This document shows positions 30,080 to 39,448 of a DNA stretch of 64,000 bases, in pieces; the stretch's first letter is position 1, and every line of letters begins with the position of its first letter. The notes below the pieces were generated by a model. That model made no database searches, had not been told where the DNA came from, and saw nothing but the letters and a program-made list of their open reading frames with translations. Source of the DNA: Kiritimatiellia bacterium (GTDB taxonomy: Bacteria > Verrucomicrobiota > Kiritimatiellia > RFP12 > UBA1067); NCBI GenBank assembly GCA_033812795.1, contig JAPXSY010000008.1:12496-76495 (forward strand), given 5' to 3'. The translations under genes and the position numbers were made by a program.

Positions 30080-31738
30080 ATGAAGACATTGACGATCGTC
30101 GCGGCGGTGTGCGCGCCGGCCGTTCTGCTGGCGGGGCTCTCGGTCAGTCCCGTGTTCATGGACAACATGATCCTCCAGCGCGACAAGCCGATCCCCGTCT
30201 GGGGAAGGGGCGAGGCAGGGAAAGAGGTGACGGTCGACTTCGCGGGCGCGCGGGCACGGGCAACCGTGGACGCGGACGGGCGCTGGGCGGCGACGCTGCC
30301 GGCGCTCGGCGTGTCGAACGATGACCGGACGATGACCGTGACGATGGGCGAAAAACAAGGCTTCTTCGCAAGGCTCTTCGGCTGTGCGCCCGAAGGCGAG
30401 CGCGTCACGTTCGCGAACGTGCTCGTGGGCGATGTCTGGCTCTGCTCGGGCCAGTCCAACATGGAATACTCGTTCTGCTGGTGGCCGTACTCCATGGACC
30501 TCTCGAAGGCCTTCTGCACGAACACGCCGAACTTCCGCTATTTGCGCGTGGCGCGCCACAAAGCGCCCGTGCCGCGCGAAACGCCGGAGATACAGGGCAA
30601 GTGGAGTGTGCTGACGGGGCAGGTGTGGTTCACGGCCTCGTGCGTCGGCTGCTTCTTCGCGCAGACCGTCATGGAGAAAACCGGGAAAAAGATACCGATC
30701 GGGCTCATTGACTCGAGCTGGGGCGGCATGAACATCGAACCGTACATTGACCCGACGTGCCTCCGGGACGACGACCCGAAGGCGCTGAAGGCGATCAAGG
30801 ACCGCTACGACGAAAACGCGAACCCGGCGACCGCCAAGGGCCGGATGAAATGGGACGCGTACCTCGCCCGGCAGAAGGCGTTCGTCGCGGACATCGAGGC
30901 GGCGGTCGTCGACGGCCGGCCGCCGGCCGGCGATCCCGCCGAAGTCCCCGTCTCGCACACCTACTGGAACGGCTGCTACCAGGCGATGATCCATCCGTTC
31001 GCGAAGTATCCGGTCAAGGGCGCGCTCTGGTACCAAGGGTGCGGCAACTATCCGGATAACGAGAACTACCAGTATCTCCTGGAGGGCCTCGTGCGCGGCT
31101 GGCGCGAGGCGTGGGGGTACACGTTCCCGTTCTACTGGGTGCAGCTCTCGTCCTTCGACAACAAGGGTGTCGTCGACGACGCGCCGGCGGGCGGACTCGG
31201 GTTCACGCGCGTCCGCGAGGGCATGCGCCGCGCGATGGCGACCATTCCACACGGCGGCATGTGCGTGACCTTCGACCTTGGCGACCCCAAGGACATCCAT
31301 CCGCGGGAAAAGCTGCACGTCGGCCAGCGTCTCGCGCAGTGGGCGCTTAAGAACGAGTACGGCTTTGACGACATCGTGCCGTCGGGGCCGAATTACCGCG
31401 CGATGAAGATTGAGGGTGACAGAATCCGTCTCTCATTCGACTACGTCGGGTCGGGCCTCGCCGTCGGCTACAAGAACAACTTCGACGACAGGGACGTGAA
31501 ACTCATGCCCGAGGCGAAGTTGAGCGGATTTGCGATCGCAGGCGAGGACCGCACATGGTTCTTCGCCGACGCGGTCATCGACGGCGACACGGTTGTCGTT
31601 TCGTCGAAGGACGTGAAGAAGCCGGTCGCGGTGCGCTACGCTTATCGCACGTCGCCGATCGGCGCGAACCTCTACAACCGGGAGCTTCTTCCCGCTTCGC
31701 CGTTCTGTACGGACGATTGGGAGAGGGAGAAGAAGTGA
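30080..31738 (+). CDS. SASA-domain (sialate O-acetylesterase-like, SGNH) carbohydrate esterase
   Basis: Signal peptide MKTLTIVAAVCAPAVLLAG. 'VGDVWLCSGQSNMEYSF' is the GQSNM catalytic-Ser block of the DUF303/SASA family. A GGAGA RBS is present. A 9-codon uORF ends in an ATGA overlap with the start. Confidence 0.7.
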   Translation: MKTLTIVAAVCAPAVLLAGLSVSPVFMDNMILQRDKPIPVWGRGEAGKEVTVDFAGARARATVDADGRWAATLPALGVSNDDRTMTVTMGEKQGFFARLFGCAPEGERVTFANVLVGDVWLCSGQSNMEYSFCWWPYSMDLSKAFCTNTPNFRYLRVARHKAPVPRETPEIQGKWSVLTGQVWFTASCVGCFFAQTVMEKTGKKIPIGLIDSSWGGMNIEPYIDPTCLRDDDPKALKAIKDRYDENANPATAKGRMKWDAYLARQKAFVADIEAAVVDGRPPAGDPAEVPVSHTYWNGCYQAMIHPFAKYPVKGALWYQGCGNYPDNENYQYLLEGLVRGWREAWGYTFPFYWVQLSSFDNKGVVDDAPAGGLGFTRVREGMRRAMATIPHGGMCVTFDLGDPKDIHPREKLHVGQRLAQWALKNEYGFDDIVPSGPNYRAMKIEGDRIRLSFDYVGSGLAVGYKNNFDDRDVKLMPEAKLSGFAIAGEDRTWFFADAVIDGDTVVVSSKDVKKPVAVRYAYRTSPIGANLYNRELLPASPFCTDDWEREKK

Positions 31739-31783
31739 GAATGGGAATTGGGAAACAGGAATAAGGAAACGAGGAGATTCAGG

Positions 31784-33382
31784 ATGAAGAAGACATGGAT
31801 TATTGGTTGTTCGATGGCAGCGTTCGCGGCGATGGCGAACGTGAAACCGGCGAATGTGTTCTCGAGCAACATGGTGCTCCAGCGCGATAAGGTCGTCCCG
31901 GTGTGGGGCACGGCCGATGCTGGCGAAGAGGTCAAGGTCTCGTTCGCGGGGCAGTCCGTTGCGGCGAAGGCCGATGCCGACGGCAGGTGGGAGGTGAAAC
32001 TCCAGCCGATGCCGGCCTCGAAGGAGAACCGGACGATGGTGATCGAGGGCAAGAACAAGATCGAGTTCAAGGACATCCTCGTCGGCGATGTGTGGCTCTG
32101 CTCGGGGCAGTCGAACATGGAGATGAGCTTCAACTGGGGCATCTACGACGGCGAGGCCTTCAAGAAGGAGGCGGCCGAGAAGTTCGACCCGATCCGCTGC
32201 GTGAAGGTCTCGAAGATCCACTCAACGTGGCCCAAAGCCGATGTGAAGCTCGATCATCCTTGGGCCCGTACCACCGCGAACGGCGGCATCGCCAACTGGA
32301 CGGCGACCGGCTATTTTTTCGCGCGCAGGCTTGTCCAAGAGTTGGACATCCCCATCGGCATCCTTGACGACAACTGGAGCGGTTGCCGGATCGAGCCGTT
32401 CATCCCGCTCTCGTCGTTCAAGAACTACAGCGCAACGAACGGCGCGTACGCCAAGCAGGTTAAGAGCTTTCTGGAGCTTCAGGAGAAGACCGATCCGCGC
32501 ACGGAGGCGGGCCGGAAGGTGTTCGCGAAGTACGCCGCAGAGATGAAGGCGTTTCTCGCGGCGGTCGAAGCGGCCGTCGCGGAGGGGAAGCTCCCCGAGG
32601 CCGACATGCCGGTGCTGCCGAGTGTCAGCGCGACCTCGCAGTACAACGCGATGATTGCGCCGATCGTGCGTTTTCCGATCGCCGGCGCGATCTGGTATCA
32701 GGGTTGCTCGAACGGGCAGGAGGGCGAGTCCTACACCGAGAAGACCGAGATGCTCGTCAAGGGCTGGCGCGAGGCGTGGGGTTATGAGTTCCCGTTCTAC
32801 TGGGTGCAGCTCGCGTCTTTCACGGCGAAGACAGACGATCCGAAGGGCGGCAACGGCTATGCGCTCATCCGTGACGCGCAACGCCTTGCGCTCAAGCGTC
32901 TGGAAAAGACGGGCATGGCGGTCACGATTGACGTCGGCAACGACAAGGACATCCATCCGAAGGCCAAGGTGTTCGTGGGCGAGCGTCTCGCGGCGTGGGC
33001 ACTCAAAGGCGCGTATGGCCGGGACGTCGTCCCCTCGGGTCCGCTTTTCAGGAAAGCGGAGGGGCTCGGCACGGCCGAGGTGACGCTGTCATTCGACTAC
33101 GTCGGCGGCGGTCTCACGGCGGGTGAGAAGGACAATCTCTCCAACGCGCCCGTCAAGCTCCTCCCCGACGCGAAGCTCGTCGGCTTCGCGGCCGAGGTCG
33201 AGGGCGGACAGTTCGTCTGGGCCGATGCGAAGATCGCGGGTGACAAGGTCGTCGTGACGGCCGGCGGCAAGACGATCCGGAACGTCCGCTACGGCTATCG
33301 CGCCAACGCGACGGGTCTTGCCAATCTCTACAACCGTGAAGCGTTGCCGGCTTCGCCATTTGCCACTGAAAACAAATGGTAA
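31784..33382 (+). CDS. SASA-domain carbohydrate esterase (paralog)
   Basis: Start at MKKTWIIGCSMAAFAAMA with RBS AGGAAACGAGGAG. 'VGDVWLCSGQSNMEMSF' is present. ~45% identity by eye to 30080..31738. Confidence 0.7.
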   Translation: MKKTWIIGCSMAAFAAMANVKPANVFSSNMVLQRDKVVPVWGTADAGEEVKVSFAGQSVAAKADADGRWEVKLQPMPASKENRTMVIEGKNKIEFKDILVGDVWLCSGQSNMEMSFNWGIYDGEAFKKEAAEKFDPIRCVKVSKIHSTWPKADVKLDHPWARTTANGGIANWTATGYFFARRLVQELDIPIGILDDNWSGCRIEPFIPLSSFKNYSATNGAYAKQVKSFLELQEKTDPRTEAGRKVFAKYAAEMKAFLAAVEAAVAEGKLPEADMPVLPSVSATSQYNAMIAPIVRFPIAGAIWYQGCSNGQEGESYTEKTEMLVKGWREAWGYEFPFYWVQLASFTAKTDDPKGGNGYALIRDAQRLALKRLEKTGMAVTIDVGNDKDIHPKAKVFVGERLAAWALKGAYGRDVVPSGPLFRKAEGLGTAEVTLSFDYVGGGLTAGEKDNLSNAPVKLLPDAKLVGFAAEVEGGQFVWADAKIAGDKVVVTAGGKTIRNVRYGYRANATGLANLYNREALPASPFATENKW

Positions 33383-33457
33383 GGCGTTCGCATCGCACTC
33401 CTGTCTGTGTATTGCGGCAGAGCGATGGCCGCATGGATACTCAACCACTGAAACAAT

Positions 33458-33485
33458 CTCAAAGCCATGAACAAGAACGATCTGA
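33458..33485 (+). promoter_or_regulatory. conserved 28-nt element CTCAAAGCCATGAACAAGAACGATCTGA, copy 2; here the ATG is fused in frame to the downstream gene
   Basis: Same element as copy 1. The ATG at 33467 is the only available start of the 33467..35353 ORF. Confidence 0.5.
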
Positions 33486-35353
33486 CAAATGCAGCACACC
33501 GGATTTGCAACGCTGACACCTTCGGCACCGGTCACAAGACGATTCGGCTTGCCGTTTTCGCGGTATCGGTTCTGACGGCGGCCGCACCCTGCGTACAGGC
33601 GGCTGAAGTCACGCTTGACTACACGTATATCGACGGACGTACCCGTCGCGAGAAAATGCCGCTCGATAGCGAGAACCGGCTCGTCGTCAAGGCAGACCAT
33701 ATCGGACCGGGCGTGAAGACACTTGATGTCGCGCCCGATTTCGCGACGGCGAAAAAGGGCGAAGACGGCTACTTCCTCATGCCGGACGGCCTTTACGGTA
33801 CGTTCCGTGCGGACAACGGAAAATTCTATCCTGCCGCGCGCAACTACCATCCGCTCTTCATCATGAAGACACCGCGCGTGAATTTCATGGCGCATGCGAC
33901 GGGTCTGGCCTATTCGTACGAGACGCATGTTGTCGCGAAGAACGGCGGATACCGTCTCTTCAACCGCTACAACTTCAACGGCGATCCCCCCTATGAGGAT
34001 CTTGTCATCCGCTTCCGTTTCGGCGCGGCGGATGTGTCTTGGTGCGCGTTCGCGCGCGAATACCGCGATGATCAACTGAAGCGTGGCGCATGCAGACCGA
34101 TTAACGAGCGCATGAAAGACTTCCCCGCGCTCGCGTACGCCGCGACGAACATCGAGGTGCGGCTGCGGCTGGGCTGGAAACCCGTGCCCGCGAAAGTGCG
34201 TGACCAGACGCCGTTCACCGAACCGCCCGTCAAGGTGGCGATTACATTCGACCGTTGCCGCGACATTATGCGGGAATTCAAGCGGCAGGGCATTCCCGAG
34301 GCCGAGTTTTGCCTTGTCGGTTGGAACAAGGGTGGACACGACGGGGCCTATCCGCAGCTCTTCCCTGTCGAACCGAAGATGGGCGGCGAGACGAAGCTCC
34401 GCGCGCTGTTGAAGGATGCGAAGACAATGGGCTTCCAGACCGTCGCGCACAACAACTATTCGGACGCATACCTGATCGCGGACTGCTTCGACGAGGAGTT
34501 CACGCTAAAAAAGAAGGACGGATTGCCCAAAACGGCTGGAACGTGGGGCGGCGGCTTCCAGTACCTGACGTGTCCGCAACGGATGTGTGAGCGCTTCCTC
34601 GTGAAGGATCTGGAGATGATGCGTGATCTCGGGTTCTTCGGACTCCACTATACCGACGTCATCGCGTCCCAGCCGCTCAGGAAATGTTACGACCCGAGGC
34701 ATGCGATCAACGAGGCCGACTGCATAAAATGGTACGCGCGCATCCAGTCCGAAACGAAGAAGCGTCTCGGGGGCTTTGCGTCAGAGGGCATCTTCGACTA
34801 CTGTGTCGGCGACCTCGACTATTGCCTATACGCCTACTTCTACAAGCTCGTACCGGGCGAACTGAACAAGATGGTAGACCGGCACGTGCCGCTCGCCCAG
34901 ATCATCTACAACGGCATCGTTCTCATCAATCCTTTCTGCGGCACGGTCAACTATACGATCAAGGACAACGTGAAGCGCCTCAAGCTTGTCGAGTTCGGCG
35001 GACGTCCGATTTTCTATTTCTATACGAACTTCGTCGAAGGCTTCCGCTGGATGGGTGATGAGGACTTCACGTGTGCGACCGACGCGGAACTGACGGCGTC
35101 AGTCGCCAAGATCAAGCAAGGATATGACGAGTTCTGCCGTCTTTCCGATCTGCAGTTCGTCTTCATGGACGAACACGAGTATCTCGCGTCGAATGTGACT
35201 TGCACGACCTACGCGAACGGGACGAAGGTGATCGTCAATCACGGAACGGCTGATTTCCCTTACAAAGGTGAGGTCGTTCCGGCTGGCGACTGGCGTCGGT
35301 TTGATTCAACAGAAGGGAACCCCGTCGCTTCCCTTCTGCGGTCAGATCGTTAG
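33467..35353 (+). CDS. secreted hypothetical protein, possibly a TIM-barrel glycosidase-like fold
   Basis: 628 aa. The only in-frame start is the ATG inside the conserved 28-nt element, giving an unusually long N-region before the hydrophobic core (..IRLAVFAVSVLTAAAPCVQA). No family motif was recognised. Confidence 0.35.
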   Translation: MNKNDLTNAAHRICNADTFGTGHKTIRLAVFAVSVLTAAAPCVQAAEVTLDYTYIDGRTRREKMPLDSENRLVVKADHIGPGVKTLDVAPDFATAKKGEDGYFLMPDGLYGTFRADNGKFYPAARNYHPLFIMKTPRVNFMAHATGLAYSYETHVVAKNGGYRLFNRYNFNGDPPYEDLVIRFRFGAADVSWCAFAREYRDDQLKRGACRPINERMKDFPALAYAATNIEVRLRLGWKPVPAKVRDQTPFTEPPVKVAITFDRCRDIMREFKRQGIPEAEFCLVGWNKGGHDGAYPQLFPVEPKMGGETKLRALLKDAKTMGFQTVAHNNYSDAYLIADCFDEEFTLKKKDGLPKTAGTWGGGFQYLTCPQRMCERFLVKDLEMMRDLGFFGLHYTDVIASQPLRKCYDPRHAINEADCIKWYARIQSETKKRLGGFASEGIFDYCVGDLDYCLYAYFYKLVPGELNKMVDRHVPLAQIIYNGIVLINPFCGTVNYTIKDNVKRLKLVEFGGRPIFYFYTNFVEGFRWMGDEDFTCATDAELTASVAKIKQGYDEFCRLSDLQFVFMDEHEYLASNVTCTTYANGTKVIVNHGTADFPYKGEVVPAGDWRRFDSTEGNPVASLLRSDR

Positions 35354-35397
35354 AAGGTGCTGGCGGAGAACGATTGCGACGGCTTCGGGGAGGTAAA

Positions 35398-37884
35398 ATG
35401 ATGGGCATTCGAATGAAAAGCGGGATCGTTTTAATGGGTGCGGTGTTTTTCACCTTTTCTGCCGCATTCGGCGGGGTTTGGGAAAAATACGCCGGGAATC
35501 CAGTATTAGGCAATGCGAAGCTCGGAACCTGTTTCGACGTTAACGTGGTTACGAACGGTCCGGCCCCGTACACGATGTACTTCTCGTGGCGACCGAAGAA
35601 GGCGATCGCGCTCGTGCGGAGCGATGATGCGCTGTCGTGGACACAGGAGCCGGAGATCTGCCTCGAGGCTGACCCGACGAGCGGCTGGGAGGACGATTTG
35701 AACCGTAGCTGCACCGTCTTTAAAGACGGCAAATGGCACATGTGGTATACCGGCCAGGCAAAAGGCGGTTCGAAGATCGGCTATGCGACAAGCGCGGATG
35801 GCGTGAAATTTGTCCGCGTCCGCAAGGATCCGGTGATGGTTCCCGAGAATGATTTTGAAAAAAAGTCTGTGATGAACCCCTACGTCCGCTGGGACGCGCA
35901 ACGCGGGGTCTGGCGCATGTGGTACGCCGCCGGCGAGACCTACGAGCCGAACGTCCTCTGCTACGCCGAATCGAAGGATGGGGTCGATTGGAAAAAGTGG
36001 GAGAAAAACCCGATGTTCGGCAAGGGCGCTGCGGAATCGTGGGACCGCGACCGCGTCGGCGGGTGCGAGACGCATCCGCTTCCCGACGGGCGCTGGGCGA
36101 TGTTCTACATCGGCTATTCCGACATCGACACCGCGCGCATCGGTTGCGCGATCTCGCCTGACGGCGTCAGCGACTGGAAGCGTATCGCGCAAAATCCGAT
36201 CATCGCCCCGGATCTCTGCACCTGGGATGCGAGCGCGTGCTACAAGCCGAGCGTCCTGCGTGACGAGAAGAACAATCGCTGGATGCTCTGGTACAACGGC
36301 CGCAACGGCTGGTCCGAATACGTCGGCATGGCGCTGCACGAGGGACTTGACCTTGAGGCGCCATCCTCGAAAGTGCCTGACACGAAGGCGCTCCTGTCGA
36401 CCTATGTGCGCGGATTCAACAAGTTTGACAACGAATGCGTGACGAATGCCATTCCGAACAGCGACGCGGAGCGCTTCTTGTCTGAGAACGTGCCGCTCTT
36501 CGCCTGCCCTGATAAGGACATTGAGCGCACGTACTACTTCCGCTGGTGGACCTTCCGCAAACACCTGCGTCACGGCACGGGCGTCTGGACGGTGTCGGAA
36601 TTCCTGCCGAAGGTCGGCTGGAGCGGCAAGGACAACACGATCGTCTGTCCCGCTGGCCACCATTTCCTCGAGGGCCGCTGGCTCCGCGATCCGAAATACA
36701 TGACGGACCTTGCGCGCTTCTGGTTAACAGACAAGGAGTGCACTCACCGCTGGCAGTATTCGAGCTGGCTCTATACGGGCGTCTGCAAATTCGCGGCAGT
36801 CGCCGGGAAGGAGGCGTTGGCGGACGAACTTCTGGATGCGGCTGTCGCATACTTCGAGCGCTGGGAGAAAGGCTTTGACCGCCGGAAGTGGGACGAGGAG
36901 GGCAAGGGCTCGATCCGCATGGGCGGCGACGGCAAGGGACGCTTCCTTTCGGCCCGCACGAACGAAGGCACCGAATTCACCCTGACGCCGAGCGGATACC
37001 GTCCGCTCTTCAACGCGGCGATGTGGAGCGAGGCGCATGCGATTTCCGAGGTCGCCGCGCGTCTCGGCCGCTCGGACCTCGCCACGCGCTACGCCGAAAA
37101 AGCCGCGGTCATCCGCCGCGGGCTCGAGGAGATCTGCTGGAGCCCCGAGATCGCGTTTTTCGTCGCGGCCGACACCAACCGCACGCGTTGCGCCGTCCGT
37201 GAACTCCACGGCTATGCGCCGTGGTATTTCGGCGTGCCGACGGACAAGAAGGCCGATTGGTCGCAGCTTTCGGATCCGCAGGGATTCGCGGCGAAGTACG
37301 GCCTCACGTTCCCCGAGCGCCGCGCAAAAGGTTTTGTCCTCGCTTACAGCGGACACGAGTGTCAGTGGAACGGTCCGAGTTGGCCCTTTGCGACATCAAT
37401 CGCGCTCACAGCCCTCATCAACGACCTGCACGCTCGTCCCTCAATCCCCAATCCTCAACGCTCCACGTTCAACTTCTGCCTTTGGCAATATGCCGCGCAA
37501 CAGAAGCTCATCAAGGGTATCGCTGTCCCCTGGATCGATGAGAACGCGAATCCGGACAAGCCGGACTGGATTTCACGCACGATCCTGCACAAGCGTTCGA
37601 AGGAGAAAGTCAAGTTCGAGCGCGGCAAGGACTACAACCACTCGACGTTCTGCGACCTCGTGATTTCGGGGCTCGTAGGCATCATCCCAGAAGGTGCGAA
37701 GGGTTTTACGGTCAATCCGCTCGCGCCAGCGGCATGGGACTATTTCATGCTTGAGCGCCTCAATTATCGCGGACACGAGGTTTCGGTCGTCTGGCGCCGC
37801 GGCCACGGCGGACTGACCGTCACGGTGGACGGCAAGGTCGCCGCGCGGCGTGACGATCTCGGGCGTCTGGCGATCAGGTTCTGA
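35398..37884 (+). CDS. two-domain glycosidase-like protein: N-terminal 5-bladed beta-propeller (GH43/GH130/DUF377-like) fused to a C-terminal (alpha/alpha)6-barrel (GH63/trehalase-like) domain
   Basis: Start at MMGIRMKSGIVLMGAVFFTFSAAFG with a GGGGAGG RBS. N-terminal blocks 'KWHMWYTGQ...IGYATSADG' and 'WRMWYAAGE' are propeller-like. The C-terminal part has 'YYFRWWTFRKHL' and 'HECQWNGPSWPFATSIALTAL', which are six-hairpin glycosidase-like. Confidence 0.4.
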   Translation: MMGIRMKSGIVLMGAVFFTFSAAFGGVWEKYAGNPVLGNAKLGTCFDVNVVTNGPAPYTMYFSWRPKKAIALVRSDDALSWTQEPEICLEADPTSGWEDDLNRSCTVFKDGKWHMWYTGQAKGGSKIGYATSADGVKFVRVRKDPVMVPENDFEKKSVMNPYVRWDAQRGVWRMWYAAGETYEPNVLCYAESKDGVDWKKWEKNPMFGKGAAESWDRDRVGGCETHPLPDGRWAMFYIGYSDIDTARIGCAISPDGVSDWKRIAQNPIIAPDLCTWDASACYKPSVLRDEKNNRWMLWYNGRNGWSEYVGMALHEGLDLEAPSSKVPDTKALLSTYVRGFNKFDNECVTNAIPNSDAERFLSENVPLFACPDKDIERTYYFRWWTFRKHLRHGTGVWTVSEFLPKVGWSGKDNTIVCPAGHHFLEGRWLRDPKYMTDLARFWLTDKECTHRWQYSSWLYTGVCKFAAVAGKEALADELLDAAVAYFERWEKGFDRRKWDEEGKGSIRMGGDGKGRFLSARTNEGTEFTLTPSGYRPLFNAAMWSEAHAISEVAARLGRSDLATRYAEKAAVIRRGLEEICWSPEIAFFVAADTNRTRCAVRELHGYAPWYFGVPTDKKADWSQLSDPQGFAAKYGLTFPERRAKGFVLAYSGHECQWNGPSWPFATSIALTALINDLHARPSIPNPQRSTFNFCLWQYAAQQKLIKGIAVPWIDENANPDKPDWISRTILHKRSKEKVKFERGKDYNHSTFCDLVISGLVGIIPEGAKGFTVNPLAPAAWDYFMLERLNYRGHEVSVVWRRGHGGLTVTVDGKVAARRDDLGRLAIRF

Positions 37885-37906
37885 CAAAAGGACATTCTTG
37901 AAAGTC

Positions 37907-39412
37907 ATGACTATTTCGAAAAACGGCCTGCTGGCAATTGTCGTCGGTTCGATGTTGTCTGGCGTTGCCGCGACAGGCGATTCTGGCCGCGTCGAGGTGA
38001 CGCTCGACCGCTCGCCGGATCGCGTCGAGACGCCGCTCAATCCGCCGCTTGTGCGCATCGGCACGCTGGTCGCGCGCGAAAAACCCGACCCGTCGGACGA
38101 CCGCTGGCAGATCGGATGCGAGGTGCTTGACCGCGACTTCGCGAATTTCGACGAGTACAAGGGATTCCTCGTGCCGCTCGGCATCCGCAACGTACGCTTC
38201 CAGGGCGGCTGGGCGAAGTGCGAGAGGACGAAGGGCGTCTACGACTTCTCCTGGCTCGACGCACAAGTTGACTGGGTTCTGGCGCATGGACTCAACCCGC
38301 TCATCGAGACCAGCTACGGCAATCCGATTTACAACGACGTGCGGGCGGATCTCGGCGGGGGATTCCCGTCCGGCGAGAAGGCTCTTGCGGCGTGGGACGC
38401 TTGGGTCGACGCGCTGACGCGGCATTTCAAGGGCCGTGTGCGTGATTGGGGGATGTGGAACGAGCCGGACAACAATCCGCAGCACACGCCCGAAAGGGTC
38501 GCCGCGTTCAATGTCCGGACGGCGAGGATCGTGAAGCGCAACATTCCCGACGCGCGTGTCGCGGGGCTTGTCTTCAACCATCCGGACACGAACCGCTTCG
38601 ACCGTGCCCTCAAGGCGATGGGGCCGGACACGGCACTCTTCTGGCGATTCGTCTACCACAGCTACGAGTATAATCCCGAGTCGTCGTATGGCGATGTCGC
38701 GCACTGTCAGGCTCTGGTGAAAAAGTATGCGCCCCATGCCGTGCTCTGGCAGGGCGAAAACGGCGCGCCGAGCGAGACGGTGTATACGCTCGCGCTGCTT
38801 GGCCGGCCGTGGAGCGAGTATTCGCAGGCCAAATACAACCTGCGGCGTATGCTTGGCGACCTTGGACGGAGCATCCCGTCAAGCGTCTTCACCATCTGCG
38901 ACTACAATCATGTGGGGCGCGAACTCGGGACATTCGGACTGCTGCGGGCCAACAAGAGCCATGAGGTCATCGGCGTCAAGCGCGCGTTCTATGCCGTGCA
39001 GAACGTCGCGACGCTTTTCGACTCGCGTACGAAGCTTGTCGCCCGCCGCAATTATTCCAAGGACGGAACGATTGAAATCTGGGAATACCGGCGCGACGGG
39101 AAGCGGCTTTACGTTTTCTGGGACCATAAGGACGGGAAAAGCGTGCCGCCGTCCGAGTCGTTCGAGCTGCGTCCATTCGTGATGGACGTCCCGAAAGGCG
39201 CCGAAGCGCTCGAGACCCCCGTCTGGATTGACTTGCTTACAGGGCGCATCTATGAATTCCCGAAAGAACGTGTGCTGCGGCATTCGGACGGCATCACCTA
39301 TACGGACATCCCGCTTTACGATTCGCCGTGTGTGCTGACGGAACGGCTCGTGGTCGATGCGGCGATGCTCGCGCCGACGCAGTCAAACGTGCGGACGCGG
39401 GCATCCCATTAA
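37907..39412 (+). CDS. clan GH-A TIM-barrel glycoside hydrolase (GH39/GH5-like)
   Basis: Start at MTISKNGLLAIVVGSMLSGVAATG. 'RNVRFQGGWAKCE', 'MWNEPD' and 'WQGENGAPS' match the conserved Asn-Glu-Pro acid/base and nucleophile-region patterns of clan GH-A enzymes. Confidence 0.4.
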   Translation: MTISKNGLLAIVVGSMLSGVAATGDSGRVEVTLDRSPDRVETPLNPPLVRIGTLVAREKPDPSDDRWQIGCEVLDRDFANFDEYKGFLVPLGIRNVRFQGGWAKCERTKGVYDFSWLDAQVDWVLAHGLNPLIETSYGNPIYNDVRADLGGGFPSGEKALAAWDAWVDALTRHFKGRVRDWGMWNEPDNNPQHTPERVAAFNVRTARIVKRNIPDARVAGLVFNHPDTNRFDRALKAMGPDTALFWRFVYHSYEYNPESSYGDVAHCQALVKKYAPHAVLWQGENGAPSETVYTLALLGRPWSEYSQAKYNLRRMLGDLGRSIPSSVFTICDYNHVGRELGTFGLLRANKSHEVIGVKRAFYAVQNVATLFDSRTKLVARRNYSKDGTIEIWEYRRDGKRLYVFWDHKDGKSVPPSESFELRPFVMDVPKGAEALETPVWIDLLTGRIYEFPKERVLRHSDGITYTDIPLYDSPCVLTERLVVDAAMLAPTQSNVRTRASH

Positions 39413-39448
39413 TCTCTGGCAAGGTATTCAAAACAACGTATTGGGAGT

